A stretch of 63,560 nt of DNA, filler included, from Coriobacteriales bacterium (GCA_031263105.1; 8 parts of 8 records of this genome joined end to end with filler, not necessarily neighbours in it), one strand, 5' to 3'. Positions 50,531 through 60,476 are shown, numbered from the whole stretch's first letter. The notes: generated from the letters alone by a model not told the origin. Translations and numbers: made by a program.

Positions 50531-51948
50531 CGGTCGGCCCAGCTTACAGCGCCCTGTTCGTCGGTGGGCATGCCCCAAGGGGCGTGGACGCGCATGCCGG
50601 TGCAACTGGTGAGCTGGTAGGAGCAGAAGGGGATCAGGCGACCGTCGGGCATGGTGACGAACATGGAGCACTCCTCCATCCGCTCGAGATCCATGGTGAG
50701 GGCGTCCATGTAGTTCATGATGATGAGGGAGAGGCCCCGCGCCGGGGAGAGCCCCTTCTTCGCGAGGATGTCGCCGAAGACGGAGCCCTGGGGGGAGGCG
50801 GGGTCGTAGAGGGCGAGGTACTCCTCGCGCGTGAGGCCGCGCGTGACGGGGACAAAGGCGGGGCGCGTGGGGGCGGCGGGGGCAGGCGGGACGGGGACGA
50901 GGGGGACGGGGGCGCTCTTCTCCCCCTGCTCGAAGACCTCGCGCGGAACGAGGAAGGTGCCCGTGTCGCACAAAGGGTGGCTGCAACCGAGCGGCCAGAT
51001 GTCTGCGGCCGTGACGAGGCCTGCGGTCTGCGCTTCGAGCATGAATATCACGTCGCCCATGTTGAGCGGCGCGACGCGGCCGGCCTCGAAGCGCCCCGAG
51101 GTGAAGGCCGGTTGCAGGGCGACGCCGGCGACGACGTCGATGTTGTCGAGCGCGTAGTCGATGACCGCGCCGACCTCGTGGTCGTTCACGCCGCTGACGA
51201 TGGTCATGGCCAGGACTGCCTGCACCCCCGCCTCGCGGCAGCGCTCGACGGCCCGCAGCTTGGTGCCGAGGAGGTCGGCCGCACGTATCTGCCGGTAGGA
51301 TTCGGCGCTCAGGCCGTCGAATTGCAGGTAGATGCCCGTGAGGCCCGCTTCGACCAGGCGTTCGAGGTAGCCGTCGTCACGCGCTATCGCCACGCCGTTC
51401 GTGTTGACCTCGATGCCCCAGAAGCCGCGCTCGCGGCCCATCCTGACGATCTGGGGGAGGTCGTCGCGCACCGTCGGCTCGCCGCCGGTTATCTGCACGC
51501 CGACGTCGAGGGTGGCGGTGTCGGCGATGGCATCGTAGAAGTCCGCGAGGCGCACGAGCGGCACGTCGGTGTGGCGGGCGTCGGCCTCGGCGCTCATGAA
51601 GCAGACGGGGCAGCGCAGGTTGCAGCGCTGGGTGACCTCGATCTCGACGAGGGTCGGCCTGCGCTGGTGCCGCTGGCAGATGCCGCAACCGGTGGGACAG
51701 GGACGCGTCGCCTCATGCAGCGCGTCACGCGCAGGCAGCACCTTGGGGAAGGCCAGCGAGGTGATCCGGCGGTAGTGCGCGGCATCCGGCCAGATCTCGG
51801 TCTCGAAGCCCCCGTGCTCAGGGCAGGTTCGGGCCATCCACACCTTGCCGTGCTCGTCGGCGGTTATCTGCGCAGGCAGCACGCGCATGCACTGCGGGCA
51901 GAGCGCCCGTGTGGTGTGGAGCGTCGATGTGGAGGGTGCGCGTGACAC
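50527..51948 (-). CDS. Multi-cluster radical SAM enzyme, MJ0619/Tes(GDGT-MAS)/TrsS-like family
   Basis: CPQC...CPEHG, CPTGCGICQRH, CNLRCPVC, TGGEPT, YLQFDG and IPFCSY. Confidence 0.82.
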   Translation of the reverse strand: MSRAPSTSTLHTTRALCPQCMRVLPAQITADEHGKVWMARTCPEHGGFETEIWPDAAHYRRITSLAFPKVLPARDALHEATRPCPTGCGICQRHQRRPTLVEIEVTQRCNLRCPVCFMSAEADARHTDVPLVRLADFYDAIADTATLDVGVQITGGEPTVRDDLPQIVRMGRERGFWGIEVNTNGVAIARDDGYLERLVEAGLTGIYLQFDGLSAESYRQIRAADLLGTKLRAVERCREAGVQAVLAMTIVSGVNDHEVGAVIDYALDNIDVVAGVALQPAFTSGRFEAGRVAPLNMGDVIFMLEAQTAGLVTAADIWPLGCSHPLCDTGTFLVPREVFEQGEKSAPVPLVPVPPAPAAPTRPAFVPVTRGLTREEYLALYDPASPQGSVFGDILAKKGLSPARGLSLIIMNYMDALTMDLERMEECSMFVTMPDGRLIPFCSYQLTSCTGMRVHAPWGMPTDEQGAVSWADR

Positions 51949-51957
51949 GTCGCTCCC

Positions 51958-52824
51958 TTAGACGTCGATGCCTTCGCGGGAGTCGCGGTCCTCGTTGGGA
52001 GGGGTCCCCGCCTTGATGCCCCGCCAATCGACCCAAGCGAGGAAGCGCTGGGGAACGTACAGCTCGGGCTGGAACTGCTGGCTGTAGCGCACGGCGCGGG
52101 CAAGCGAGACCGCATGGGCAAGGTCGCTTATGTCGTCGATGTCGGCCACCGGCAGCAGGGAGACGAGGGGTATCTTCCCGGCCATGGTCTTCTCGACATA
52201 GGCATCGAGCGCGGGACGGCCCGTCATGTTGTAGTAGACCTCTTGGTGGTCGATCGCCGTCGTGCGCGTCCAGCCGATGAGGCTGACGCCGACCTCCTGG
52301 CAGGGCGCCTGGACGACGCCGCCCGTCTCGCTCGTTGCGAGGAAGTGCTGCAGCCAGCGGAAGCCGTTGGTGATGTGCTCGCGCGGCAGCAGGGGGATGT
52401 CGGCGCCGACGCTGAGGACGCTGTCGAATCCCGCGTCGAACACCTGCTGGAACGCGTTGTCGAAGTGGTCGTCGAAGGTGGCGCCCTCGTCGACGATGTA
52501 GGCGAACTCGCGCGGCCACTCCCCTATCTCCTCGAAGGCGGCGCGTATAACCTCGACGTTCTGTGCAGGCGTGGTCGAGATGAAGAGCCGGTACTCGTGC
52601 CCGTCGGCGGCAGGGTCCGCCGCACGCGCAGCCTCGTCCTCCTCCTCGAGCCCGTGCAGGGCGAGGCAGCACAGCTCGGCGACGTCGAACATGCTCCGGC
52701 GGAATATCTCCGCAGCCTCCTCCGCAGAGAAGGGGCCGCCCTTCTCCCGCGTCAGGCGCGTCTTCACGAAGCCCGGGATGGGCGGTTTGGTGAACAGCAG
52801 GAGCGCGTGTCGTTTCATAGCCAT
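51958..52824 (-). CDS. DUF2064 / CofC-like transferase (radical-SAM-associated type)
   Basis: LLFTKPPIPGFVKTRL, GADIP.L and DIDDISDL. Confidence 0.75.
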   Translation of the reverse strand: MAMKRHALLLFTKPPIPGFVKTRLTREKGGPFSAEEAAEIFRRSMFDVAELCCLALHGLEEEDEAARAADPAADGHEYRLFISTTPAQNVEVIRAAFEEIGEWPREFAYIVDEGATFDDHFDNAFQQVFDAGFDSVLSVGADIPLLPREHITNGFRWLQHFLATSETGGVVQAPCQEVGVSLIGWTRTTAIDHQEVYYNMTGRPALDAYVEKTMAGKIPLVSLLPVADIDDISDLAHAVSLARAVRYSQQFQPELYVPQRFLAWVDWRGIKAGTPPNEDRDSREGIDV

Positions 52825-53010
52825 GGCAACCCTTCGACCTCCCGTGGGGTTTTGCATACCAAGAAGCGCCGATTCGATGCGTCCCGCCCAGCGCTTCCCT
52901 GAAAGCCGATGGGCGCTCGTCGCCCCCATCGCCTCCCTTGCAGTATAGCGGATTGAGACGGTCGCCGCCTTGGGCGGGGCGGGACAGACGTGGGGCAGGG
53001 AGACGGAATC

Positions 53011-53300
53011 GTTACTGTACACACCCCACTGTCATCCCGAGCCTGTCACCCACTGTCATCCCGAGCCTGTCACCCACTGTCATCCCGAGCCTGTCACCCA
53101 CTGTCATTCCGAGCCTGTCGAGGAATCCTCGGCCGCGCCAGCGGTCGACCGCAGGTCGAAGGGCCCCCTGGCCTGCCGTTGGACACTGCGTGTTCCGTGG
53201 GCCTGTCGGCCCGTCCTCGCTGAAAACGCGGTGCGTTTTCCGGGCGCTCGGACCCAAAGATTCCTCGGCGGGGCTCGGAATGACAGTGAGGGGTGCAACA
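53011..53300. repeat. Family A element with four 24-bp arm units and a nested family B module
   Basis: CCCACTGTCATCCCGAGCCTGTCA units; extra segment at 53195-53255. Confidence 0.85.
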
Positions 53301-53317
53301 CGGAATCGATACCCCGG

Positions 53318-54370
53318 TCAGCGAATCCTCAGTGCATAGGAGCTGCCACGGCCGTGGCCGAGCTTCTCCAGCCTCCCCTCTTTGAGCATCTGCGACAGGA
53401 CGACCTCAATAGTCCGCTCGCTGACACGTGGGCAGCGCTCCCTGATGTCCGCCTTCGTGAAAGAGCCGAGGTTCCCCTCGATCGCCTGCCTCGCAAGCTC
53501 CGATTTCGAGGATCCCTTCCCCCCTGACAGAAGCGCCCTTTCCTCGAAGTCCCGATAGGCGGCGAGGAGCACACCGAGGGAGTAGGCAGCAAACTCCTCA
53601 TAGTCGTTGTCTCCCTCGTGCCAGCCGACAGAATCCTCCCGCAAGGCATCGTAGTAGCTCGCCTTGGTACGCTCGATTATCTTTTCGATGCTGATATAGC
53701 GCCCTACCGCATGACCGGCCTGGTAGAACAGAAGCAGAGTGAGAAGGCGGCTCATCCTCCCGTTTCCGTCATTGAACGGATGGATGCAGAGGAAGTCGAG
53801 CACGAACAGGCAGGCAGGCAGCAGCGGATCGACGCGCGAATCCTTCCGGATCTGGCCGAGGGCCTCGCAAATCGCGCCGACCGCGCCGGGCGTGGCGACC
53901 GCGCCCATCGGCTGGAACCGGATGCGCACCTCCCCGTCGGCGGCAAGCTCGGCTATGGCATTGTCACTGTCCTTGAACCGCCCACCGAAGGAGTAGCCTG
54001 TGTAACGATAGAGGTCGCGATGGAGCTGAAGGATGACGCCAGGGTTCACGGGTATGTGCTCACTGCTTTCATGGACGGTCGCCAGCACGTCGCGATAGCC
54101 GGCTATCTCCTCCTCGTCGCGCGAGCGCGGCCTGGTCTTTTGCAGCGCGAGGGCCCGAAGGCGGGCGTCAGAGGTATAGATGCCCTCTATCCTGTTCGAC
54201 GAGTCGATGCTCTGTATCTTGGCAAGCTCCAACAGCCTGTCCAGCTGCTCGATGCCCCCCATCGAGAGAAGCCCCATTCTGGCCTTATGCTCATGCAGCT
54301 CGGTGAGGAGCGAGACGATACGAGGCGTAAGAAGCTTCTCTGCAAGTTTCCCATAGTTGAAATCGCGCAT
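53318..54370 (-). CDS. Fic family protein with a C-terminal HTH
   Basis: SSNRIEG and IHPFNDGNGRMSR. Confidence 0.9.
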   Translation of the reverse strand: MRDFNYGKLAEKLLTPRIVSLLTELHEHKARMGLLSMGGIEQLDRLLELAKIQSIDSSNRIEGIYTSDARLRALALQKTRPRSRDEEEIAGYRDVLATVHESSEHIPVNPGVILQLHRDLYRYTGYSFGGRFKDSDNAIAELAADGEVRIRFQPMGAVATPGAVGAICEALGQIRKDSRVDPLLPACLFVLDFLCIHPFNDGNGRMSRLLTLLLFYQAGHAVGRYISIEKIIERTKASYYDALREDSVGWHEGDNDYEEFAAYSLGVLLAAYRDFEERALLSGGKGSSKSELARQAIEGNLGSFTKADIRERCPRVSERTIEVVLSQMLKEGRLEKLGHGRGSSYALRIR

Positions 54371-54387
54371 GTCTGCCCTCCCGGTTC

Positions 54388-54439
54388 AATTGCACAGTCA
54401 TCACTTTAATTGCACATTATAGAACAAACATGTGCAATT
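54388..54439. promoter_or_regulatory. AATTGCACA repeats upstream of fic, probable autoregulatory operator
   Basis: Two direct copies plus an inverted ATGTGCAATT. Confidence 0.55.
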
Positions 54440-54534
54440 CAGGAAGCCGTGCTGACAGGCACAGTGCCGGACACAGTGCCGGACAACCTACTTCCTGGTG
54501 AGGCCGTAGGCCAAGGAAGGCAGGGGCGAGCTGC

Positions 54535-56226
54535 TTACAGCAGGCCCAGGCCCAGGCTGTGGTTGGCTGCCTTGAACGCCTGGTAGAAGCCCGGCCCGAC
54601 CGTTCCGCCGGGGCCGGGGTAGATCGAACCCACTATCGACGACGTGGAGTTGCCGCAGGCGTAAAGGCCCTCGATGGGCTTGCCAAAGGTGTCCAGCACC
54701 TGGGCGTCGGTGCTGACCTTGAGGCCCCCGTTCGTGCCAAAGGCCCCCGGCCCTATGCGCACAGCGTAGAACGGGGCGGTCGAAATGGCCTCCAGGCAGC
54801 AATTGGCAAGATCCGGACGAGGCTCGAAGCTCTCAGTCTGGATGCTGTCGTGCAGCCATGCGCCCCGCCCGAAGTCCGCATCCACACCGTCGGCGCACAG
54901 GGCGTTGAAGTGGCTTATCTCCTCAAGCAGGCCTTCCGGGTCGATCGAGCAGGCCTGGGCGAGCTCCTCCAAAGACGCGAACTCCGCCACCCATTCCGGC
55001 TTCTCCTCCGCGAACGTGGGCCAGCTGTAGTGCTCCACATGATTGGCGTCAAAGATCATCCACGCGGGAATGTTCTCGAAGGAGTAGGTCTTGGTCGAGT
55101 AGTTGTACATGGGATTGACCACCACGTCATAACCCGCCGCCTCGTTGCAGAAGCGCTTCCCCCTGCTGTTCACATAGACCGCCCCGGGGAGGCCCGCGTA
55201 CATCCCGTAGTCGGCCAGCGGGTTCTGCGCAGGGTCGTCACCGATGATGTAGAAGGGGTTTCCCCAGATAGAGGACATGTTTCCCAGATCGGCGCCTACG
55301 CGCATGCCCATCTTGTGCGCGTCGCCCGTGTTGGTGCTCGGCGAGGCCATGCCCTCCAAGGGCCCATAGAGGTACTGCTTGCGCATCTCCTCGTTGTGCT
55401 CGAAGCCCCCGCAACCCAAAAGCACGCCCTTGTTGCCCTTGACATGGATCTCCTTGCTCCCCTGCAAGGCCTTGACGCCTATCGCGCGCCCGGCCTCGTC
55501 CTGGATGACTGCGGTGACCTCGGTGTTGAGCAGGGCCTCTATGCCCGCCTCCTCCACTCGGCCCAAGAACACCTCTGCAAAGGGCTCGTCCATCCCCACG
55601 TTGCGCTCATCGACCACGCTGTCGACGAATCCCAGCGAGCGCCCCAGCCCCATGGCACCGGGGATGTCATAGTAGTCGCAGGTGGCGGGGAATATCCCCT
55701 GCTCCATGCCGAGGCTCTCCTCCATCCAGCGAAAGACCTCGCGCGCGTTCTTGATGTAGTCCATCCTCAGCTCGTCGGTGCCTCCATCGGAGACGTCGGC
55801 GCGCTTCAGGTATGCCAGCACCTCCTCGTCGGAGACGTCCGGCCCATAGCCGAGGCCGGCCATGACGTAGTTGCCCGGCACCCAGCAGACGCATCCCGAC
55901 AAGAGGGTCGTTCCGCCCAGGAATGCGCCCTTCTCAAGCAGCATGACAGAGCTGCCGGCGTGGTCGGCGACCAGCGCAGCCAGCACTGCGGTCCCCGACC
56001 CTGCCACCACCAGATCGACCTCGTGGTCCCAAGCGATGTCGCCCGGAGCCGGGGCCCCGCCGGGACTTGCCGAGCCGGGCGAGCTGGGCGCACAGGCGAA
56101 GAGGCCGCCTGCGGCAAGCGCCCCGCCTGTCAGCGCGGCACCTCTCAGAAAGCCGCGACGCGTCAAGGGTTCGAGCGCTCGCTCGGGGACGAGTTCGGGG
56201 ACGAGTTCGGGCGTTTGTTCGGGCAT
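54535..56226 (-). CDS. Tat-exported FAD_binding_2 flavoprotein (KstD-like)
   Basis: TRRGFLRG, GGTT..SG, GCGGF, GKRFCNE, GTNGGL and GPGGTVG. Confidence 0.88.
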   Translation of the reverse strand: MPEQTPELVPELVPERALEPLTRRGFLRGAALTGGALAAGGLFACAPSSPGSASPGGAPAPGDIAWDHEVDLVVAGSGTAVLAALVADHAGSSVMLLEKGAFLGGTTLLSGCVCWVPGNYVMAGLGYGPDVSDEEVLAYLKRADVSDGGTDELRMDYIKNAREVFRWMEESLGMEQGIFPATCDYYDIPGAMGLGRSLGFVDSVVDERNVGMDEPFAEVFLGRVEEAGIEALLNTEVTAVIQDEAGRAIGVKALQGSKEIHVKGNKGVLLGCGGFEHNEEMRKQYLYGPLEGMASPSTNTGDAHKMGMRVGADLGNMSSIWGNPFYIIGDDPAQNPLADYGMYAGLPGAVYVNSRGKRFCNEAAGYDVVVNPMYNYSTKTYSFENIPAWMIFDANHVEHYSWPTFAEEKPEWVAEFASLEELAQACSIDPEGLLEEISHFNALCADGVDADFGRGAWLHDSIQTESFEPRPDLANCCLEAISTAPFYAVRIGPGAFGTNGGLKVSTDAQVLDTFGKPIEGLYACGNSTSSIVGSIYPGPGGTVGPGFYQAFKAANHSLGLGLL

Positions 56227-56374
56227 GGGGTTCCTCCTTCATAGTGTCGGCAGGCACGGATGGCCTGTTGAGGCCTTGGGGCTTTGGGTGATTCGAGGAT
56301 TCGGAGACAGGGGCCAGGGGCCAGGCTGCGCGGCTTTGACTGTCGCGGCAAACCACCCCGCCCCTTCGGGGCGC

Positions 56375-58051
56375 TCAGACAAGGCCAAGGCCCATGGCGT
56401 GATTTGCGGCGCGGAAGGCACGGTAGAAGCCTGCGCCCACCGTCCCTCCCGCCCCGGGGTAGCATGAGCCAAAGACGCCGGCCGAATTGTTCCCGCACGC
56501 GTAAAGCCCTTCAATGGCAGTGCCGTCAAGGCCCAACACGCGCGCATCCAGATCGGTTTTCAGGCCACCGGAGGTCCCACAGGTTCCTGGGCCCACCTTG
56601 GCTGCGAAATAGGGAGCGGCCGCAACCGGCGCCAGGCAGGGATTGGCAAGCTCGGGGCGCTCGATCCCGTAGCTCTCGACGTCGATAGGGCCGTATATGC
56701 CGCCTCCCCTGCCCCAGTCCTCGTCGGTTCCGCTCTCGCAGAAAGCGTTGAAGCGGGCGACCTCGTCCAGCAGGGCGACCTCGTCGATGCCGCAGGCGCC
56801 CGCAAGCTCCTCCAAAGACTCAAAGGGGGCGAACCACTCCGGGCGCTCGGACGCATAACCCGGCCACCCGTAGGAATCGACATGCGCCTGGTCACAGATG
56901 AGAAAGGCGGGCATGTTCAAGTAGCGGTAGTTGTCTGAGTCATACGCGTAAAACGCCAGGTTCGCCGCGCCGTATGCGGTGTTCTCGTCGCAGAAGCGCC
57001 TGCCGCGCGGATTGACCACGAGCGCGCCCGGCAGGCCTGCGTACTCGAACCAGTCCGTCGCGTTGGGAAGGTCGTCGGGCGTGCCGATGTCGTAGAAGGG
57101 CAGCTGCCACATCGACCCCATGTTCCCCAGCGCGGCACCGATTGCCATGCCCATTTTGTGACCGTCGCCGACATTGGTCTTCACCGAGTTGGCCCCCACG
57201 ACGGGACCCCGCAAAAAGTCGTTGCGCATCTGCTCGTCGTGGTCGAAGCCTCCGCAGCCCAAGAGGACGCCCTTGTTGCCTTTCACGAAGAGATCCTTCG
57301 AGCCGTCCGAGGCCCTTATGCCGACGACGCGACCGGCCCCGTCCCGGAGGAGCTCCTTTGCCTCGGTGCCCGTGAGGACCTCGATGCCGCGCTCTGCGAT
57401 CATCGGCTCGAAGACGAGGTCGTACAGGCCTCCTCGCTCGTTGGTGAAGTAGTTCATCGAGCCGGTGATCTGGTCGCCGTCGCTGTTGGATGCTATGAGG
57501 GAGCGCCCTTGCGCCTTGCAGCCCGGCAGATCGAGATAGTCGCCGAGAACATAGACGGTCTGCCCTAATCCCCAGTTCTCGTTCGCCCAGGAGAACACGG
57601 CGGCCGCATGGGCAACGTAGTCCTCCTTGTCCTCATCACGGGAACCCTTGTAGAGGTCCGCCGCCTTGAGGTAGGCGACCACCTCGTCCGCAGAAAGGTC
57701 GGCCCCGTAGCCTTCGGCCTCCTGGATGCCGTTCAGCGGCGTCCAGACCACGCAGCCCGAAAGACGCGTGGTGCCGCCTATGGTCAGATCCTTCTCGATG
57801 ATCAGGGCGCTCCCACCCTGTTCGGTCGCCGCCAAAGCCCCGAATACGGCCGTCCCCGAGCCGACGACGACGAAGTCGACCTCGTGGTCCCAGGCGATGT
57901 CGCCCGGAGCCGAGGCCGCAGGCCCGTCCTCGCGCTCAGTCGTCTGGGGGCTGCATCCCGCAGCGAGGCCCAGCGATGCGGCACCTCCTGCCAAGGCGGC
58001 GCCCAGGGCGGCGCCCTTTATGAAGTTGCGTCTTGATAGCTTCTCTGTCAT
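56375..58051 (-). CDS. Tat-exported FAD_binding_2 flavoprotein, tandem paralogue
   Basis: SRRNFIKG; shares blocks such as APGDIAWDHEVD and KGNKGVLLGCGGF with its neighbour. Confidence 0.88.
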   Translation of the reverse strand: MTEKLSRRNFIKGAALGAALAGGAASLGLAAGCSPQTTEREDGPAASAPGDIAWDHEVDFVVVGSGTAVFGALAATEQGGSALIIEKDLTIGGTTRLSGCVVWTPLNGIQEAEGYGADLSADEVVAYLKAADLYKGSRDEDKEDYVAHAAAVFSWANENWGLGQTVYVLGDYLDLPGCKAQGRSLIASNSDGDQITGSMNYFTNERGGLYDLVFEPMIAERGIEVLTGTEAKELLRDGAGRVVGIRASDGSKDLFVKGNKGVLLGCGGFDHDEQMRNDFLRGPVVGANSVKTNVGDGHKMGMAIGAALGNMGSMWQLPFYDIGTPDDLPNATDWFEYAGLPGALVVNPRGRRFCDENTAYGAANLAFYAYDSDNYRYLNMPAFLICDQAHVDSYGWPGYASERPEWFAPFESLEELAGACGIDEVALLDEVARFNAFCESGTDEDWGRGGGIYGPIDVESYGIERPELANPCLAPVAAAPYFAAKVGPGTCGTSGGLKTDLDARVLGLDGTAIEGLYACGNNSAGVFGSCYPGAGGTVGAGFYRAFRAANHAMGLGLV

Positions 58052-58201
58052 GATTCTCTCCGTCTCCACTCTTTGAAGATTTTCTGCTCTTCCTCCCTGT
58101 CATTCTAGGCAGAGCATCACCGTGAGGGAATAACGGATAGGCTTAGCCGCGTGTCAGGTTAAAACCTTACACGACAGGGAGCGTGCCTGCGGAGGTGCCT
58201 C

Positions 58202-59077
58202 ATGACCGATGTCCAGTTGCGCTCTTTCATCCTTGCCGTCCAAATGGGCAGCTTCACACAGGCCGCGCGCTCGTCGTATATAACGGTGCCGTCCTTCTCC
58301 CAGCAGATCAGGCTCCTGGAGGGAGAGCTGGGCTTCTCCCTGTTCAATCGCAGCCCCCAGGGAGTCCGCCTCACGAGGGCCGGCGAGTCTTTCTACGCAA
58401 CGACGCATGAGATACTCCGCGCCCTTGACGAAGGCAGGAAAAGGGCGCAGGCTCTCGCCGGTCCCGCACGTCCCATGATCCGCATCTCATACAACAGCAT
58501 GGAGCCCTTGCCGACCTTCCTCTCCAACATCTCCCTGTTGTTCAACGAGCGTCATCCCGACATCGACCTCGTCTTTTATGCATCTGATTACCGTGTCTGG
58601 CTGGAGGACGTGCGTGCCGCGAAGAGCGATCTGTGTTTCTTTATGCCGCCGGACAAAGAAGTGTCCGCAGGATTGTCCTTCGTGGAACTCTATCAGGACC
58701 GATGGTTCTGCTGTCTCTCCCCGCATGACCCGCTGATCAAGAAGAGCGTCATCGAAATCGAGGATCTCAGGGGCAAGACCCTCTTCATAGACGGTGCCTA
58801 TAACGAAGCAAAGGCATACGGCGGACTGTTCAACCGTGAGGACCTGGGCTTCGTGTTGCGCGAGGAGTCTTTCAGCGTCTCCCAGGTCATGCGGGCCGCC
58901 CTGGACAAAGGCGTCATCCCCACACCGGAAGGCTATCTGTCGAGCTGCTGCCCCCCGCTGTTCGCCGTGCCGCTGAACTGGCCGCTCTTTCGACAGGGCC
59001 TGGTCTATCGGGAGGGCTCCTACGACGACATCAGGGAGTTCGTCGAAGTGGCCCGCCTTTACTTCCAAGGGCGCTAG
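58202..59077 (+). CDS. LysR family regulator, divergent from the flavoprotein pair
   Basis: GSFTQAA...S.QI..LE.ELGF.LF.R...GV.LT.AG. Confidence 0.92.
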   Translation: MTDVQLRSFILAVQMGSFTQAARSSYITVPSFSQQIRLLEGELGFSLFNRSPQGVRLTRAGESFYATTHEILRALDEGRKRAQALAGPARPMIRISYNSMEPLPTFLSNISLLFNERHPDIDLVFYASDYRVWLEDVRAAKSDLCFFMPPDKEVSAGLSFVELYQDRWFCCLSPHDPLIKKSVIEIEDLRGKTLFIDGAYNEAKAYGGLFNREDLGFVLREESFSVSQVMRAALDKGVIPTPEGYLSSCCPPLFAVPLNWPLFRQGLVYREGSYDDIREFVEVARLYFQGR

Positions 59078-59199
59078 GGAGGCAGGGCTGAGGCCCCTGC
59101 CTCGCACCCTGCGCCGTGACGCCGCAAGGAGCGGAACAACGAGGGTGTGTGGACGAAAGCGAGCAGGACCCAAGGGTGAGATAGTTCACCCTCGTGCAG

Positions 59200-59268
59200 C
59201 TCACCACAAGAGCCGGATGGCGCTCGGCAGGCTCATGGCCCTTTGAAGGATTGAAGTCGATGCGCGCG
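59200..59268 (-). pseudogene. Short MazF/PemK toxin remnant
   Basis: IDFNPSKGHEPAERHPALVVS only. Confidence 0.55.
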
Positions 59269-59303
59269 CTCCTCCCCCAGCTACCGACCGTGTCGGGACA
59301 CCT

Positions 59304-59505
59304 GTTACACGTCACACCCCCACTGTCATTCCGAGCCCCCACTGTCATTCCGAGCCCCCACTGTCATTCCGAGCCCCCACTGTCATTCCGAGCCCCGCCG
59401 AGGAATCCTTGGACACGCAGTGTCCAACGGCAGGTCGCAGGGCCCCTCGACCTGCGGTCGACCGCTTGCGCGGTCGAGGATCCCTCGACAGGCTCGGGCT
59501 GACAG
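59304..59505. repeat. Family A element with four 19-bp arm units
   Basis: ACTGTCATTCCGAGCCCC units. Confidence 0.85.
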
Positions 59506-59525
59506 CCGCCTTCTTTTTTGCGCCG

Positions 59526-60026
59526 TTATTCCTTGTTAGTGCCACCTGCGTTATCCGCGTCGTCGGCTACGCCTTCGATCATGCCTGTTACAAGCGTATC
59601 CAGTTGCGTAGCGTTCTTTGAGGTGATAACGGGTCTGCCCGTGTCGGCCTCGATCTCGCGGCGGGTGTTTCCGGCGATTCGACCGCCACGGCGCGCCACC
59701 TGTGCAAGCCACATCCTGAACGGCTCAGCTTTCTTGCTGGGAATGGACTGGACAAGGCGCAGGATGCCCTCAGCGTTTGCGGCAGTGATATGGCGCATCT
59801 TCCCATCTGCCGCCACCATCTCAACAGGGGTACAGATTGTACCCCACTTCGAGTTAAGCTCTACATCACGGTTGCGCATCTTCTTGATGTATTGCTTCAC
59901 GTCTGCGCTGTCGGTCAAGACGGCCACGACATCGGAAACAGAAAAGAACCATTCCTCTTTCTCTCCATCCCACGCCGTGCGGATACGCCTGTTCTCGAAC
60001 AGTTCAATTTTGTTGCCCTCATCCAT
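59526..60026 (-). CDS. BRO-N domain protein, probably internally deleted
   Basis: LFE...IR..WD...EEWFFSV.DVV and IPSKKAEPF..WLAQV. Confidence 0.75.
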   Translation of the reverse strand: MDEGNKIELFENRRIRTAWDGEKEEWFFSVSDVVAVLTDSADVKQYIKKMRNRDVELNSKWGTICTPVEMVAADGKMRHITAANAEGILRLVQSIPSKKAEPFRMWLAQVARRGGRIAGNTRREIEADTGRPVITSKNATQLDTLVTGMIEGVADDADNAGGTNKE

Positions 60027-60149
60027 TTGGAACTCCTTTTTGTCAAAGACGTTATATCGCAAACCTGCGTTTGCGGCAATCGGAGCCTGCAATTCCGTAC
60101 TGCGCTCCTGCGGGTCGGGAACGAGTCAGCCTCGTGGCAGCCTTGGGTC

Positions 60150-60476
60150 AAAAACGAGCCATCGCCGGGTCAGGGCGGCCTGCTACGCTGGGGGCGCCCG
60201 TGCCCGACGACGCCGAGGAGGAGCCCCGTGGCCCGCTACGCCCCGTGTTCGGGATAAACGTCTGCGACTTCGACCTGTTCCCCGGCTGCCCCGACCCCTT
60301 GCGCGGCTTCAGGCCTTTTGATACAACGTACCAGACGGAGTTTCCGGGGCCGCCGCTGCACGTGTGCTTCCTGCAGCTGCGGAAGGAGGCCCTGCCGGGC
60401 CAGGAGGGCCTCGCCCGCTGGCTGTCGTTCTTCAGGGGCGAGGAGCCCGCCGAGGGTGCGCCCGCCTACATCGGGA
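60150..60476 (+). pseudogene. Fragment of an Rpn-family (PD-(D/E)XK) nuclease/putative transposase
   Basis: LRPVFGINV..F.LF...FLQLRK...WL.FF; ends at a family A repeat. Confidence 0.55.
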
